NCBI GenBank assembly: GCA_003230085.1 | Contig: QIGV01000179.1 | Coordinates: 1 to 55,928 of the forward strand | Direction of reading: 5' to 3' | Origin: Gammaproteobacteria bacterium | Lineage (GTDB): Bacteria > Pseudomonadota > Gammaproteobacteria > SZUA-140 | Length of the DNA stretch: 55,928 nt | Shown: in pieces, positions 38,205-48,247 of the stretch | Numbering within the stretch: position 1 is the first letter of the stretch | Layout of the letters: the number at the start of each line of letters is the position of its first letter | Notes under the pieces: model-generated | Told to the model about the DNA's origin: nothing | Databases searched by the model: none | Seen by the model: the letters and a program-made list of their open reading frames with translations, nothing else | Translations under genes and position numbers: made by a program

Positions 38205-38231
38205 CCATCGGCAAAATAGCGATTATCCTTA
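38205..38231 (-). promoter_or_regulatory. Putative sigma28-type promoter for the NRPS operon
   Basis: The minus strand reads TAAGGATA-N11-GCCGATGG (consensus TAAAGTTT-N11-GCCGATAA). Confidence 0.35.
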
Positions 38232-38576
38232 ACTAGGAGTCCCTGATGAAAGTGACAATCGCGACAACGCCTGGGGATGATATGAGCTCGGAATTGGATA
38301 TTGGGTTGAATTAGTAGGTTCCGATGAGTAAAGCTGCGCTCAGCGATGAAACCGGTTGAATATCTTCAATCATTGTTGCAGGATGTATCGTTCTGGTAAC
38401 AGTATGAATGTAATATAACTTTACGTTATTGCCTGCTAGAATATGGATTCAAGCAGGTGCTCGGGTGTGTCGATATATTCGATATAATTATGGGTGCAAT
38501 GATTGTTGTTTAATTCGAGGCGATCAGAATTATCTGGTTGCTGTTTCCGTAACCTGGGAAGTGGTGAATCGTTACT

Positions 38577-40559
38577 GTGTCATACAATATTTTTCAACTA
38601 GTCCTGGATTTTCAACAAAACCCTTCGCACTTTGAGGCATTGATTGGTCCGGGTAAGCCATTACCGGAAGATACCGGCAAGCTGCTGGAGGAGGTCGCTG
38701 GGAAGATATCTTCTGATTCGGACGATGATAGTCCCACCGATGAGTTATTTTCTGCTACGGCCTTTTTTATCGAGAGAGTATTGTTCATGCCTGGCGGAGA
38801 TCTATATCGTCAGTTGGGACTTGAGCAATATGCCACGCAGGAACAAATCCGCAAGCATTACCACCTTTTGATGCATCTCTTCTTTCTCGACAGAGAGGAC
38901 ATGGCAGCGGACTGGAGCGCAGAATATGCGGATTGTATTAACCGGGCGTATTCCATTTTGAGAGACCCGGTTAAACGTCGGAACTATGATGACCGCCTAA
39001 CAGGGAAGAAATCCGTAGTGGGTAGTCAGACCACTTATAGCGAATCCAATAAATCATTTGCTCATTCTATTGTCTCATTTACCGAAGCCCGCAATCAAAA
39101 ACAGGTTGGCAAAAAGGCTGAGGATGAGGCGGCTAGTGAAATCAATGAGCAATTATCTCGTCGTTTTGTTGCGGGTGTGGCATCGGCCCCTTCTGAGAAT
39201 ATAACTATACACCCTGATGTTGCTCGAGTTGCCGAGGAAGATTCGTATATCGCGGAGAGTATTGAGCGAGCCTATAGTGATATTGGTGCACGTGCATCGC
39301 CGGTAAATGATGAGCAAGTGCCTTATCCTGACGCGAAGGAATTTACATCGACTGAGTTTAATCAAGATGCTCATGATCGAATTGCCCCGGCTTGGGATGG
39401 TGAAACTAACCAGACAGTAGAGTCGGCCTACCTCAAACGATCCCAGGGTAAGTCGTCCTCCAAAACCGCGATCATTCTGGTCTCATTCGTGGTCATTGTC
39501 GGTATTATGGCCGCCGTCTATCAATACCAGATATCGCCTACTGACTCAGTAATAAATAATATTGAGAAAACAAAGCTACAGGTGCAACCGGCTTCCGAGT
39601 CAGACAATGTCATTGCCGGGTCCGTTGAGAGAGAAGCAATGCCGGAAATGGTCGAGGAATCTGCGGCGCTTAGTTTTGAAGCGCCTGTCGCCCCTGTGCC
39701 AGTGCAAGACGATCAGCCTGAGGTTGCTATGGATTTTGGTGTTGGTGGGAGTCAGCCGCAAGTAACCACTTTCAGTAGTGGAACAACAGGTAGTGCACCA
39801 GATGTAACATCACCTGTTATTACAGGTCTGTCACTTTCACCACGTCGGATATTACCGCCAAAAGTGGAACCTTCTGCAATGTCAGCGCCAGTCCAAATGC
39901 CTGACATGATGCAGAAGAAAGTGAAAACACTGATCAGTAAACCCGCAAAACCTGCTGAAAAGAAAGTAAAAAGTAAAAATGTTGTTATTGCAAAGAGCAG
40001 TGCTGCGCCTGCGTCACAGGCCAAAGCCCCAATCCCACGCAATACGGACGTTTTCCCGCCGCCCAAGATGGCCTCGCCTACAGTAAAGACACCGTCGCCT
40101 GGAACCGATGTTGGTGTGGTGTCGAGTTTATCGCCATTTCCGGAGCCAGCACCGAAATCAGTGCCGAAAACCCTGAAGCCGACAATCCGCCCGATCCCGC
40201 AAGGAGATCTCGATAAAATGATACGTACTTTTGTGCGCAGTTATGAAGAGGGTAACTTGAAGACTTTGCTCAGCGTGTTTGCGGGAAATGCCCGGACAAA
40301 TGACCGTACTAACAGGAATGGCATCGCTGAAGACTACCGGGATCTCTTTGGCGTGGCGGAAAAACGCCAGTTTATTTTCGATGACCTCAAATGGGATCGG
40401 ACTGTTGAAAACCACGCAAAAGGAAAAGGTGCATTTGAGGTCAAGATACTGTTGAAAGGGGAAAGCACGGTCACTACTATCGTGGGGCAGGTCACGATTG
40501 ATGTGGAGAGGCGTGGAAAGGAATTGCTCATCACGCGATTCTTCCATACCTACCAATAG
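38577..40559 (+). CDS. Membrane-anchored protein: degenerate J-domain, acidic linker, TM helix, Pro-rich linker, C-terminal NTF2/SnoaL-like domain
   Basis: YRQLGL...ATQEQIRKHYHLLMHLF-FLD-R...INRAYSILRDP.KR..YD; TM AIILVSFVVIVGIMAAVY; FVRSYEEGNL..LLSVFA. Confidence 0.75.
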   Translation: MSYNIFQLVLDFQQNPSHFEALIGPGKPLPEDTGKLLEEVAGKISSDSDDDSPTDELFSATAFFIERVLFMPGGDLYRQLGLEQYATQEQIRKHYHLLMHLFFLDREDMAADWSAEYADCINRAYSILRDPVKRRNYDDRLTGKKSVVGSQTTYSESNKSFAHSIVSFTEARNQKQVGKKAEDEAASEINEQLSRRFVAGVASAPSENITIHPDVARVAEEDSYIAESIERAYSDIGARASPVNDEQVPYPDAKEFTSTEFNQDAHDRIAPAWDGETNQTVESAYLKRSQGKSSSKTAIILVSFVVIVGIMAAVYQYQISPTDSVINNIEKTKLQVQPASESDNVIAGSVEREAMPEMVEESAALSFEAPVAPVPVQDDQPEVAMDFGVGGSQPQVTTFSSGTTGSAPDVTSPVITGLSLSPRRILPPKVEPSAMSAPVQMPDMMQKKVKTLISKPAKPAEKKVKSKNVVIAKSSAAPASQAKAPIPRNTDVFPPPKMASPTVKTPSPGTDVGVVSSLSPFPEPAPKSVPKTLKPTIRPIPQGDLDKMIRTFVRSYEEGNLKTLLSVFAGNARTNDRTNRNGIAEDYRDLFGVAEKRQFIFDDLKWDRTVENHAKGKGAFEVKILLKGESTVTTIVGQVTIDVERRGKELLITRFFHTYQ

Positions 40560-40717
40560 GCGGGAACTCGGAATTCATTCTTCCGCCTGGCACGCAGTGG
40601 GGTTTTTGCGACTTTGGGCAGTCATCAGGCCTGCCAGATTTGATAGCCTATGAATATAAAAAGGTATACAATCTCGTCATTCATCGATCAATATCGGACT
40701 AGGATAGACGGGAGAGT

Positions 40718-41128
40718 GTGCGGAATATGAAAACCTGGACGAGTTTACGCAAGTGTTGTATCCACGGTATAGTGGCGGTTTTTGTGAGCTCCAACGTAGC
40801 GGCTCAGACCCTTGTTGGACAGCATGAAGCAACAGATACTGGCGAACCCATGCATCTGGCCGCTGCCATTGGCATCGTAAAACCCAAGGCTGCAGTAAAA
40901 CCAGAGGTTGCAGCACCCGTGGAACCTGCTCCCGTGCAGGATATCCCTCAGCCTGGTGTCGAAGTTGTTGAAGCGCCCGTTGTTGAGGAAACACCACAAA
41001 CTGCTAGCAAGGGTGTCTCAAAGCTTGCCATCGGCGCTGGTGTGGGTCTTGCCGCAATATTAGCTGCAGTCGCTGGTGGTGGCGGTGGTGGTAGTTCAAG
41101 CACACCGACCCATACTCCCACTCCCTGA
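40718..41128 (+). CDS. Small exported YjbE/GfcA-like protein
   Basis: Signal-like N-terminus, Pro/Glu/Val-rich middle, C-terminal hydrophobic helix plus GGGGGGSSSTPTH; directly upstream of the YjbH-like gene. Confidence 0.6.
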   Translation: MRNMKTWTSLRKCCIHGIVAVFVSSNVAAQTLVGQHEATDTGEPMHLAAAIGIVKPKAAVKPEVAAPVEPAPVQDIPQPGVEVVEAPVVEETPQTASKGVSKLAIGAGVGLAAILAAVAGGGGGGSSSTPTHTPTP

Positions 41129-41181
41129 TTGATTGCTGTCCTACAGCATCAAGCTCAGGGGCTATAGCAGTCCGCTGCAAT

Positions 41182-43308
41182 TTGGCAACAGGGTGTTGTA
41201 GCAAATTATCGACATTGCTCGCCCTGATGGGCATGTTAATGTTGCTCCTTTCTCAATACGTCATTGCCCAACCCTCCAGCACAGGCCAGACAGGCCTGAT
41301 CAATATGCCGGATGCCAGAATCGAAAAAGAAGGTATGCTACGTTTAGGTGTCAGTAGTAATGACCCCTATACCACCTTATGGAGCAGTATTGCTTTTTTT
41401 TCGCGGCTGGAATTATCGGCGCGATATACCGTTATTGATGATGCCCCATCCTTTCAGAATAACCCGGACGCTGATTTTGGATCCTATAAGGACAAGGCCT
41501 TTGATGCCAAATTACTGTTGCTACGGGAATCACGATTTCTCCCTGATATCACAATGGGTACTCAGGACTATACTGGCACACAGGTTTTCTCAGCCGATTT
41601 CATTGCCCTGAATAAAAGATTTTTCAACGATTTCGATGTGACCCTGGGTTATGGCTCGGATCGTATCGATGGCCTGTTTGGCGGTTTGCGTTATAACCCT
41701 GCCTGGCACAAAAAACTCGGGCTCGTCCTGGAATATGACGCCTATGATTATCAAAACGACCGTTTTTCCAGAGAGTCCGGTGCAGATAAAAAAGACGGTG
41801 GTATGACCTATGGTCTTGAATATCAACTGGGTTGGTTTGGTACACAGGTATCCTATAATAATGGGGATATAGGCGGAAATTTATTTGTCACTATTCCCCT
41901 GAACCGCAAAGAATATATTCCTAAAATCGATGAGCCGGCGCCTTTTGCAACACAAAGGTCGCGGCAGACACTTGATACGTGGCGCGCTGATTCAAAATAT
42001 TTCGAGTCCCTGTCCAGGGACCTCGAGCAACAGGGTTTCAAAAATGTCCAGATTAGTATTGGGCAAAAGGTCATTGATGTGAGCCTGACTCATCCTCGGA
42101 TCTCTCTGATGGGGCGGGCGGTCGGGCGAGCAGCCCGAACTGTTTTATTATCAGGCCCAGCTAATATTGAAATAATTAATATTACGTACACGCGTAACGA
42201 TCTGGCATTGTTGACCTATCACTTTAATGATCTCCAGATATTAGAAGAATATTTCAATGGACAGGCTTCCCGGGAGCAATTAGATCAATCCATTGAGATT
42301 GACTATGCTTCACCTGAATATGCTGGGCAGCCTGAGGATGAGGAGATCGCGATTCATGAGCAATGGCAGAGTAGCAGTGCTGCGATGCAGTCCGCTGAAG
42401 ACAATGAGGGCCATTTCATTGGGTTTAAGTGGGAAGACCAGCGCCTGTCCTCTTTGCATTTCGTGCCACTTAATGCACGGCTATTTGTGAATGATCCCAG
42501 TGGCGCTTTCCACTATGACATATATTCCCTTGCTCAATATCGCAAGCATTTTGGCAGTGGTTTTTTTCTGGATAGCGCTGCACGGTTTACCCTGTTTGAG
42601 GATGTCAGCAAGGTCAAGCAAAAATCCAACAGCCAGTTGCCCCACGTCCGCACGGATATCGCAGATTATATACAGGGGGATCGTCTGAGAATGGATAAAT
42701 TCTTGTTCAATAAGTACAGTCTCCTGAGTGAGCGCATCTATAGCCGGATATCTGCCGGATATTATGAAGAAATGTTCGGCGGTGCCGGGGGGCAGCTATT
42801 GTATTTGCCAGCAACAGGAGATTGGGCGGTGGATCTGACAGTCGACTGGCTCAGGCAACGCACTGCGAGCAATAATTTTTCTTTCAAGGATTATTCAGTG
42901 ATGACAGCCATCGGCGCTGTTCATTACCGTATTCCAAAACTAGGCCTGACGGCAACGGCTCGGGCAGGTCGTTTTCTGGCCAAGGATAAAGGGGTGCGTT
43001 TTGAGTTAAAGCGCCGCTTCCTTTCCGGGGTCGAGCTCGGGGCCTGGTATACCGTGACTGATGGTGACGATACAGCTTCTCCGGGCAGTCCGGGTGATCC
43101 CTATTATGATAAAGGCGTCTATATGCTGGTTTATTTGAACAGCATGCTGACCAAAGATACCCAGGCTTTCGCTAGCGTGTCTATTTCACCCTGGACACGG
43201 GACGTCGGCCAGATGGTGGCATCTCCCGGAGATTTATACAATCTGGTTGAACGCCCACTGATGCTGGATAGTAGCGAAATCACGCCAATGACCGATTTTT
43301 CAAAATAG
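41182..43308 (+). CDS. yjbH: YjbH/GfcD-family outer-membrane exopolysaccharide protein (ATG start possibly 41227)
   Basis: GQTGLINMPDAR, YKDKAFDAK, S.LPHVRTD, GYYEEMFGG.GG, GRFLAKDKG, DKG, PWTRD.GQ. Confidence 0.85.
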   Translation: MATGCCSKLSTLLALMGMLMLLLSQYVIAQPSSTGQTGLINMPDARIEKEGMLRLGVSSNDPYTTLWSSIAFFSRLELSARYTVIDDAPSFQNNPDADFGSYKDKAFDAKLLLLRESRFLPDITMGTQDYTGTQVFSADFIALNKRFFNDFDVTLGYGSDRIDGLFGGLRYNPAWHKKLGLVLEYDAYDYQNDRFSRESGADKKDGGMTYGLEYQLGWFGTQVSYNNGDIGGNLFVTIPLNRKEYIPKIDEPAPFATQRSRQTLDTWRADSKYFESLSRDLEQQGFKNVQISIGQKVIDVSLTHPRISLMGRAVGRAARTVLLSGPANIEIINITYTRNDLALLTYHFNDLQILEEYFNGQASREQLDQSIEIDYASPEYAGQPEDEEIAIHEQWQSSSAAMQSAEDNEGHFIGFKWEDQRLSSLHFVPLNARLFVNDPSGAFHYDIYSLAQYRKHFGSGFFLDSAARFTLFEDVSKVKQKSNSQLPHVRTDIADYIQGDRLRMDKFLFNKYSLLSERIYSRISAGYYEEMFGGAGGQLLYLPATGDWAVDLTVDWLRQRTASNNFSFKDYSVMTAIGAVHYRIPKLGLTATARAGRFLAKDKGVRFELKRRFLSGVELGAWYTVTDGDDTASPGSPGDPYYDKGVYMLVYLNSMLTKDTQAFASVSISPWTRDVGQMVASPGDLYNLVERPLMLDSSEITPMTDFSK

Positions 43309-43504
43309 ACGCTTGCCTACCCGTAGACCAGTCTCCTTCTGGCCTGATGTGGTGTTTTCATGTACCCTGCCTTTGGGTGATCATCCACACAACATGCGCG
43401 TTGTTTACCCAATAATTGAGGGTGTAGTGCGGACCACTCTGCGAGCTATGCAGATATACCCTGCCAACCGCAACGATTATTTGACGCCTGGATAATATAT
43501 TTTC

Positions 43505-46189
43505 ATGGTTAACGTAAGTGATATCTGGAGGCTGTTCTCAGCGGTCTTGGCCTTGTTCTGGTTGTCCTGTGGGCTGGCAGCGACGTCGGAAATTGATCCG
43601 CAATTGCTCCAGCAGTTACGAAGTCTATCCCCGCAGGAGAGCGGCGTGATATTGGGTGATCGACTATCTGATCCCCTGTCGCCACAGCGCGGAGGCATGG
43701 CGCAGCAGATACCACAAGCACCGCTTAGCCAGCGATCGAGCGCTTCCAACTCCGTTATGTCCAAAAGTCCCCGAATTTCTGGCGGTGAAACTATTCTGCT
43801 CTGGTTCACAGATGAGGTGTCTGATGAAATGCCAGGTAGCCTTTTGGTAAAGCCGGACATACGCCGCCCCAACCGCACATTGTTTGTGCTGGATAACGGC
43901 GGCGGATTGACATTAAACAATATTGGCAGGATTGTGTTGGCAGGGCTCAGTGAGCAGGAGGCTGCTGAGCGTATTGAAGCTGAACCAGCGTTTGTTGGTC
44001 TGGATGTCACGATCAAGATATTACCCGTTGCGGGTGGGCTTAAGCCTTTTGGCTATGATTTATTCACCGGTGAGCAGGAGGCACTTAAGTCAGTCTCAGA
44101 TATACCAGTGCCAGATAATTATGTATTGGGACCGGGTGATATTGTGTTGGTGCAGCTCTTTGGCAAGGAAAACGTTGAGTATGAGTTGCAGGTGACCCGC
44201 AATGGCATGCTTTTGCTGCCCAGCATAGGCCCAATCCCGGTGACTGGTTTTACCTTTTCCGAACTGCAGCAGGAGATACGCAACCGTATCTCAACTCAGT
44301 TAATCGGCATCAAGGCCTCGGTCACTTTGGGAAAGCTTCGTTCGATACGGGTTTTTGCGCTGGGCGAAGCGGAACGACCGGGTTCCTATGTCGTTAGCGG
44401 CTTGTCTACCATGACGAATGCACTGTTTGCCAGTGGCGGCGTCAAAGAGATAGGCAGCCTGCGGAACATCCAGCTGAAACGCAGTGGCAAGATCATTTCA
44501 CGTCTGGATCTCTACGATCTATTGTTGAAGGGCGATATCAGCAGTAATGTACGTTTGTTGCCGGGCGATGTGATTTTTATCCCGCCGGTTGGAAAAACAG
44601 TCACTATGGCCGGACAAGTTCGGCGTCCCGCTATCTATGAATTGAAAAAAGAAAAATCGGTAATAGATTTAATCAACATAGCGGGTGGTGTTGCACCGGA
44701 CGCGATGTTAAAGGAGGCCAGTATTGAACGCTTTTCCAGTACTGGTGTCCGGACAATGCTGGAGTTAAATTTGAACCTGCCCGATGGGAAGGCGATGGTA
44801 TTGCAAGATGGTGATATTGTCACGATCCCTTCCATCTCAAGCAAGCTGGATAATATTGTCAGGCTGTTGGGGCATGTCAGGCGTCCGGGGGCCAGACAGT
44901 GGATCAAGGGGATGCGTATGACAGACCTGATTGGTTCGATGCAAGCGCTGCTACCTGGCGCGGACAGTCGCTATGTGATGATTAAGCGGGAAAATCCTCT
45001 TGACCAAAGGATAGAGATGCTGTCCACCGATTTTGTGAATGCACTGGCGGCAAGAGGTAGTCAGGCGGATACGCTTTTACAGCCGCGCGATGAGGTTTAT
45101 GTTTTTGACAATCATAGCGATCGCAGCACTATTATTGGCCCCATGCTGGATTTAATGCGCTATCAGACGAGGCCTGGCAGCATGTATAAGGAGGTTGAAA
45201 TTCTCGGCATGGTGCATCACCCGGGACGCTACCCCGTGTCTTCGGGCATGAAGGTCAGCATGCTATTGAATGCCGCTGGTGGTCTGACGGATGAAGCCTA
45301 TATTTTAAATGCAGAATTAACCCGTTTTGTAGTTGAAGATGGGCAACGCAGGGTACAGCAACGTAAAGAGATCGATATCAGTGCTGTGATCAGGGGCGAG
45401 CAAGAGGGCAATATTGAGATTAAACCCTATGATCAACTGGTCATACGACGCATACCCAACTGGGTTGAACAGGGAGACTTTATCATTTCCGGAGAAGTGA
45501 GATTTGCCGGCACCTATCCCATTGGGCGGGGGGAAAAGCTCAGTGAGATGATCAGGCGGGCGGGTGGTTTGACTGATGAAGCCTATCTTAGAGGGGCCAT
45601 TTTTGTGCGTGAATCGGTGCGATTGCGTGAGCAGGACCAGATTGAGAGTCTTACGGCCCGCCTGGAGCAGGACTTGGCAACAATGAGTGTGGAAGGACGG
45701 GATATTGGTAAGGATAAAGGTAAGGCCATGTCCGAAGGTCGTGTACTGCTGGGACAGATGAAGGATGCACAAGCGCTTGGTCGTATGGTCATCAAGCTAG
45801 AGGATATTTTGGAGAGTCCTAAAACGTATAATCTTACACTTCAGCCTGGTGACAAGCTATTCATACCTCGTAAATATGAGGACGTCATCGTCATGGGTGA
45901 AATATATCACCCGACATCGCATCTTTATAACAAGAAATTTGAGGTGAAGGACTATATCCGACTGAGTGGAGGCGTCAATGAAAAGGGCAATAAAAGGGCC
46001 ATCTATGTTGTCCATGTCAATGGCGCGGTGCAGCAAAGTAATAATGTCAAGATTGGGCCAGGAGATGTTATTGTCATACCCTATAAACTGGACCGCATAA
46101 GCACCCACCAGATGGTGGTGGATGTCAGCCAGATTCTCTATCAACTGGCGCTTACCGCAGCCAGTCTGAAGGTGCTCAATGTATTTTAG
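43505..46189 (+). CDS. Multi-SLBB polysaccharide export protein (Wza/KpsD/OtnA-like)
   Basis: LKPFGYDLF, YVLGPGD, GEA.RPGSY, GSLRNIQLKR, LDLYDLLLKGD, and repeated G.V..PG.Y ... AGG SLBB units. Confidence 0.9.
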   Translation: MVNVSDIWRLFSAVLALFWLSCGLAATSEIDPQLLQQLRSLSPQESGVILGDRLSDPLSPQRGGMAQQIPQAPLSQRSSASNSVMSKSPRISGGETILLWFTDEVSDEMPGSLLVKPDIRRPNRTLFVLDNGGGLTLNNIGRIVLAGLSEQEAAERIEAEPAFVGLDVTIKILPVAGGLKPFGYDLFTGEQEALKSVSDIPVPDNYVLGPGDIVLVQLFGKENVEYELQVTRNGMLLLPSIGPIPVTGFTFSELQQEIRNRISTQLIGIKASVTLGKLRSIRVFALGEAERPGSYVVSGLSTMTNALFASGGVKEIGSLRNIQLKRSGKIISRLDLYDLLLKGDISSNVRLLPGDVIFIPPVGKTVTMAGQVRRPAIYELKKEKSVIDLINIAGGVAPDAMLKEASIERFSSTGVRTMLELNLNLPDGKAMVLQDGDIVTIPSISSKLDNIVRLLGHVRRPGARQWIKGMRMTDLIGSMQALLPGADSRYVMIKRENPLDQRIEMLSTDFVNALAARGSQADTLLQPRDEVYVFDNHSDRSTIIGPMLDLMRYQTRPGSMYKEVEILGMVHHPGRYPVSSGMKVSMLLNAAGGLTDEAYILNAELTRFVVEDGQRRVQQRKEIDISAVIRGEQEGNIEIKPYDQLVIRRIPNWVEQGDFIISGEVRFAGTYPIGRGEKLSEMIRRAGGLTDEAYLRGAIFVRESVRLREQDQIESLTARLEQDLATMSVEGRDIGKDKGKAMSEGRVLLGQMKDAQALGRMVIKLEDILESPKTYNLTLQPGDKLFIPRKYEDVIVMGEIYHPTSHLYNKKFEVKDYIRLSGGVNEKGNKRAIYVVHVNGAVQQSNNVKIGPGDVIVIPYKLDRISTHQMVVDVSQILYQLALTAASLKVLNVF

Positions 46190-46216
46190 TCAGCGTCCAA
46201 TCTATTTGGGTTAAGT

Positions 46217-47287
46217 GTGTATGCCACTGTGAAACGATCTCTATATAAAATTGGTGAGGCTCGTTCCAGAGATGCAGAGTCTGGCCAGAAAGACAGGCTG
46301 CGGCGCGAGCATGTGGAAACTGATAAAGCCCCGGCCCCTGATGTGCCAGCACCGCATCAGGCAAATGTACCGCCCATATACCAACATTATCCTGAAGATG
46401 AGATTGATCTTGTCGAGTATTGGCAGGTTCTGGTCCAGTATAAAAAACTCATTTTGCTGCTTACCCTGACAAGTACCCTGTTGGCGCTATTGGCTGCATT
46501 TTTGATGACGCCTGTATATCGTGCTGAAGTACTGTTGGCGCCAGTCTCACATGATGAGGATGACAGTAAATTATCATTGCTTGGTGCCAGCCAGTTTGGA
46601 GATTTGTTGGCCCGAACCGGTATACCGATGGGGTCAGGGGGCAACCAGATTTCTCTGCATATTGCGACCCTGAAGTCGCGGTTATTGACTACCGCATTCA
46701 TTGAATCAGAAAGTCTTATGCCTGTCCTGTTTCCAGAGTCTTTAGAAGCGACAGCGGAGGGCAGGAAAAACAGCTTCGGTTTCTTCAGCGATGAAGCACC
46801 GACCTTATGGGCTGCCTTCAATCTGTTTGATCGGGAGATACGTTCGATTGATCTGGACCGATCAACAGGTCTCCTGACACTGGCCATCGAGTGGCAGGAT
46901 CCGGAGCTTGCCGCTGCATGGGCAAACAATCTGGTTCAGCGGGTTAACCACCAACTTAGCTCGCAGGCCATAGAGGAGGGTAGAACAAGTATCAGTTATC
47001 TGAAAAAACAGCTCGCTGAAACCAGTTCGGTTGAGGTTCAACAGGCTATTTATCGCCTGATTGAAGCTGAAACCAAGGAAATCATGTTGGCGAATGTGCA
47101 GGAGGAATATGCCTTCAAGGTTATTGATCCAGCGGTGGCACCTCAAAAGCCTATTAAGCCACAGCGAACCCTTATCGTCACGCTGGGTTTTCTACTGGGT
47201 TTGATTGCAGCCCTGTTTATTGCCTTTTTTCACAGCGCGATAACAAAACATAAAAAAGGGCATGATAATCAACTGCGTGAGTCCTGA
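46217..47287 (+). CDS. wzz: Wzz/OtnB-type chain-length determinant (PCP)
   Basis: DEIDLVEYW, TM1, P.YRAE, VIDPAVAPQKPIKPQR, TM2 with GxxxG. No kinase domain. Confidence 0.85.
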   Translation: MYATVKRSLYKIGEARSRDAESGQKDRLRREHVETDKAPAPDVPAPHQANVPPIYQHYPEDEIDLVEYWQVLVQYKKLILLLTLTSTLLALLAAFLMTPVYRAEVLLAPVSHDEDDSKLSLLGASQFGDLLARTGIPMGSGGNQISLHIATLKSRLLTTAFIESESLMPVLFPESLEATAEGRKNSFGFFSDEAPTLWAAFNLFDREIRSIDLDRSTGLLTLAIEWQDPELAAAWANNLVQRVNHQLSSQAIEEGRTSISYLKKQLAETSSVEVQQAIYRLIEAETKEIMLANVQEEYAFKVIDPAVAPQKPIKPQRTLIVTLGFLLGLIAALFIAFFHSAITKHKKGHDNQLRES

Positions 47288-47520
47288 AAGCTGTGGCCAG
47301 CGTGCCAATATGGCCAGATTTTGTGAAACCACCTGAATAATCAGCATGTTATTCATGTATGCTAGTTTAACTAACTAGCCAGGACGATCGTAGACTGACG
47401 ATAGATGATTGATTGTAAGCGTGATATCAGCTTAAAATAGGGAGACTTATGGTTGCTATGACCATCCGGGTGGGATATCCCGCCAGCTACAGCAGAGAAC
47501 AAATATAAAAGGGTACATCT

Positions 47521-48168
47521 ATGATAAAGAAAACATCTGTTTTGACAGCAATTATGGTGGGGTCGGTTTTTATATTCAGCAATGCTCAGGCTGCATTTGA
47601 AGGGGGAGATGCTGCTGCAGGCGAATCGAAATCAGCACTTTGCGCCGGATGTCATGGGGGAGATGGCAACAGCCCCTCTGCAGAATTTCCACGCCTGGCC
47701 GGGCAATATTCAGGTTACATTGTAAAGCAGATCCGGGAATTTCAGAAAGGCACTCGAGCCAATAACGCTACTATGGCAGGCATGGCGGCGACAGTGGCCA
47801 GCGTTCAGGACGCAAAAGATATCGCCACCTATTTCTCCAAGCAGAAAATGGCAAAGAAACCGTTGGAGTCGATTAATAAGGCACTGGCTGCGAAGGGCGA
47901 AAAGATATTTAAGAATGGGATCCCGCAAAGCGGTGTCTACGGATGTATTAACTGCCATGGCCCGCGTGGAAAGGGCAAGTCAAAGAAAATTACCCAGTTT
48001 CCAAGGATTGGTGGGCAGCATCGTGACTATATTTTGAAGCAACTTAATGATTTTAAGGCTGGTCGGCGTGCGAATGATCCCGGTGGCATGATGCAGGATA
48101 TCGCCAAGCGCTTGAACGAAGATGATAGAAAAGCCGTGGCGGAATATTTGTCTGCGCAGCTTCCCTAG
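47521..48168 (+). CDS. Di-heme cytochrome c4
   Basis: Signal peptide; CAGCH and CINCH; P.LAGQ and PRIGGQ; Met ligands (MAGM, MMQ). Confidence 0.92.
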   Translation: MIKKTSVLTAIMVGSVFIFSNAQAAFEGGDAAAGESKSALCAGCHGGDGNSPSAEFPRLAGQYSGYIVKQIREFQKGTRANNATMAGMAATVASVQDAKDIATYFSKQKMAKKPLESINKALAAKGEKIFKNGIPQSGVYGCINCHGPRGKGKSKKITQFPRIGGQHRDYILKQLNDFKAGRRANDPGGMMQDIAKRLNEDDRKAVAEYLSAQLP

Positions 48169-48187
48169 ACGCGGATTTTCAATTTAG

Positions 48188-48223
48188 ACGGTTAGCTGGA
48201 ATGCCAGCTAACCGTTTTTTTTT
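48188..48223 (+). terminator. Rho-independent terminator
   Basis: acggttagctgg-aatg-ccagctaaccgt followed by a T run. Confidence 0.9.
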
Positions 48224-48247
48224 GTCTGCCGCCAATCATCCTATATT

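Noticed and set aside
43313-43495. 60-aa ORF between yjbH and the SLBB gene
   Set aside because: TTG start, no RBS or recognisable motif; more likely intergenic.
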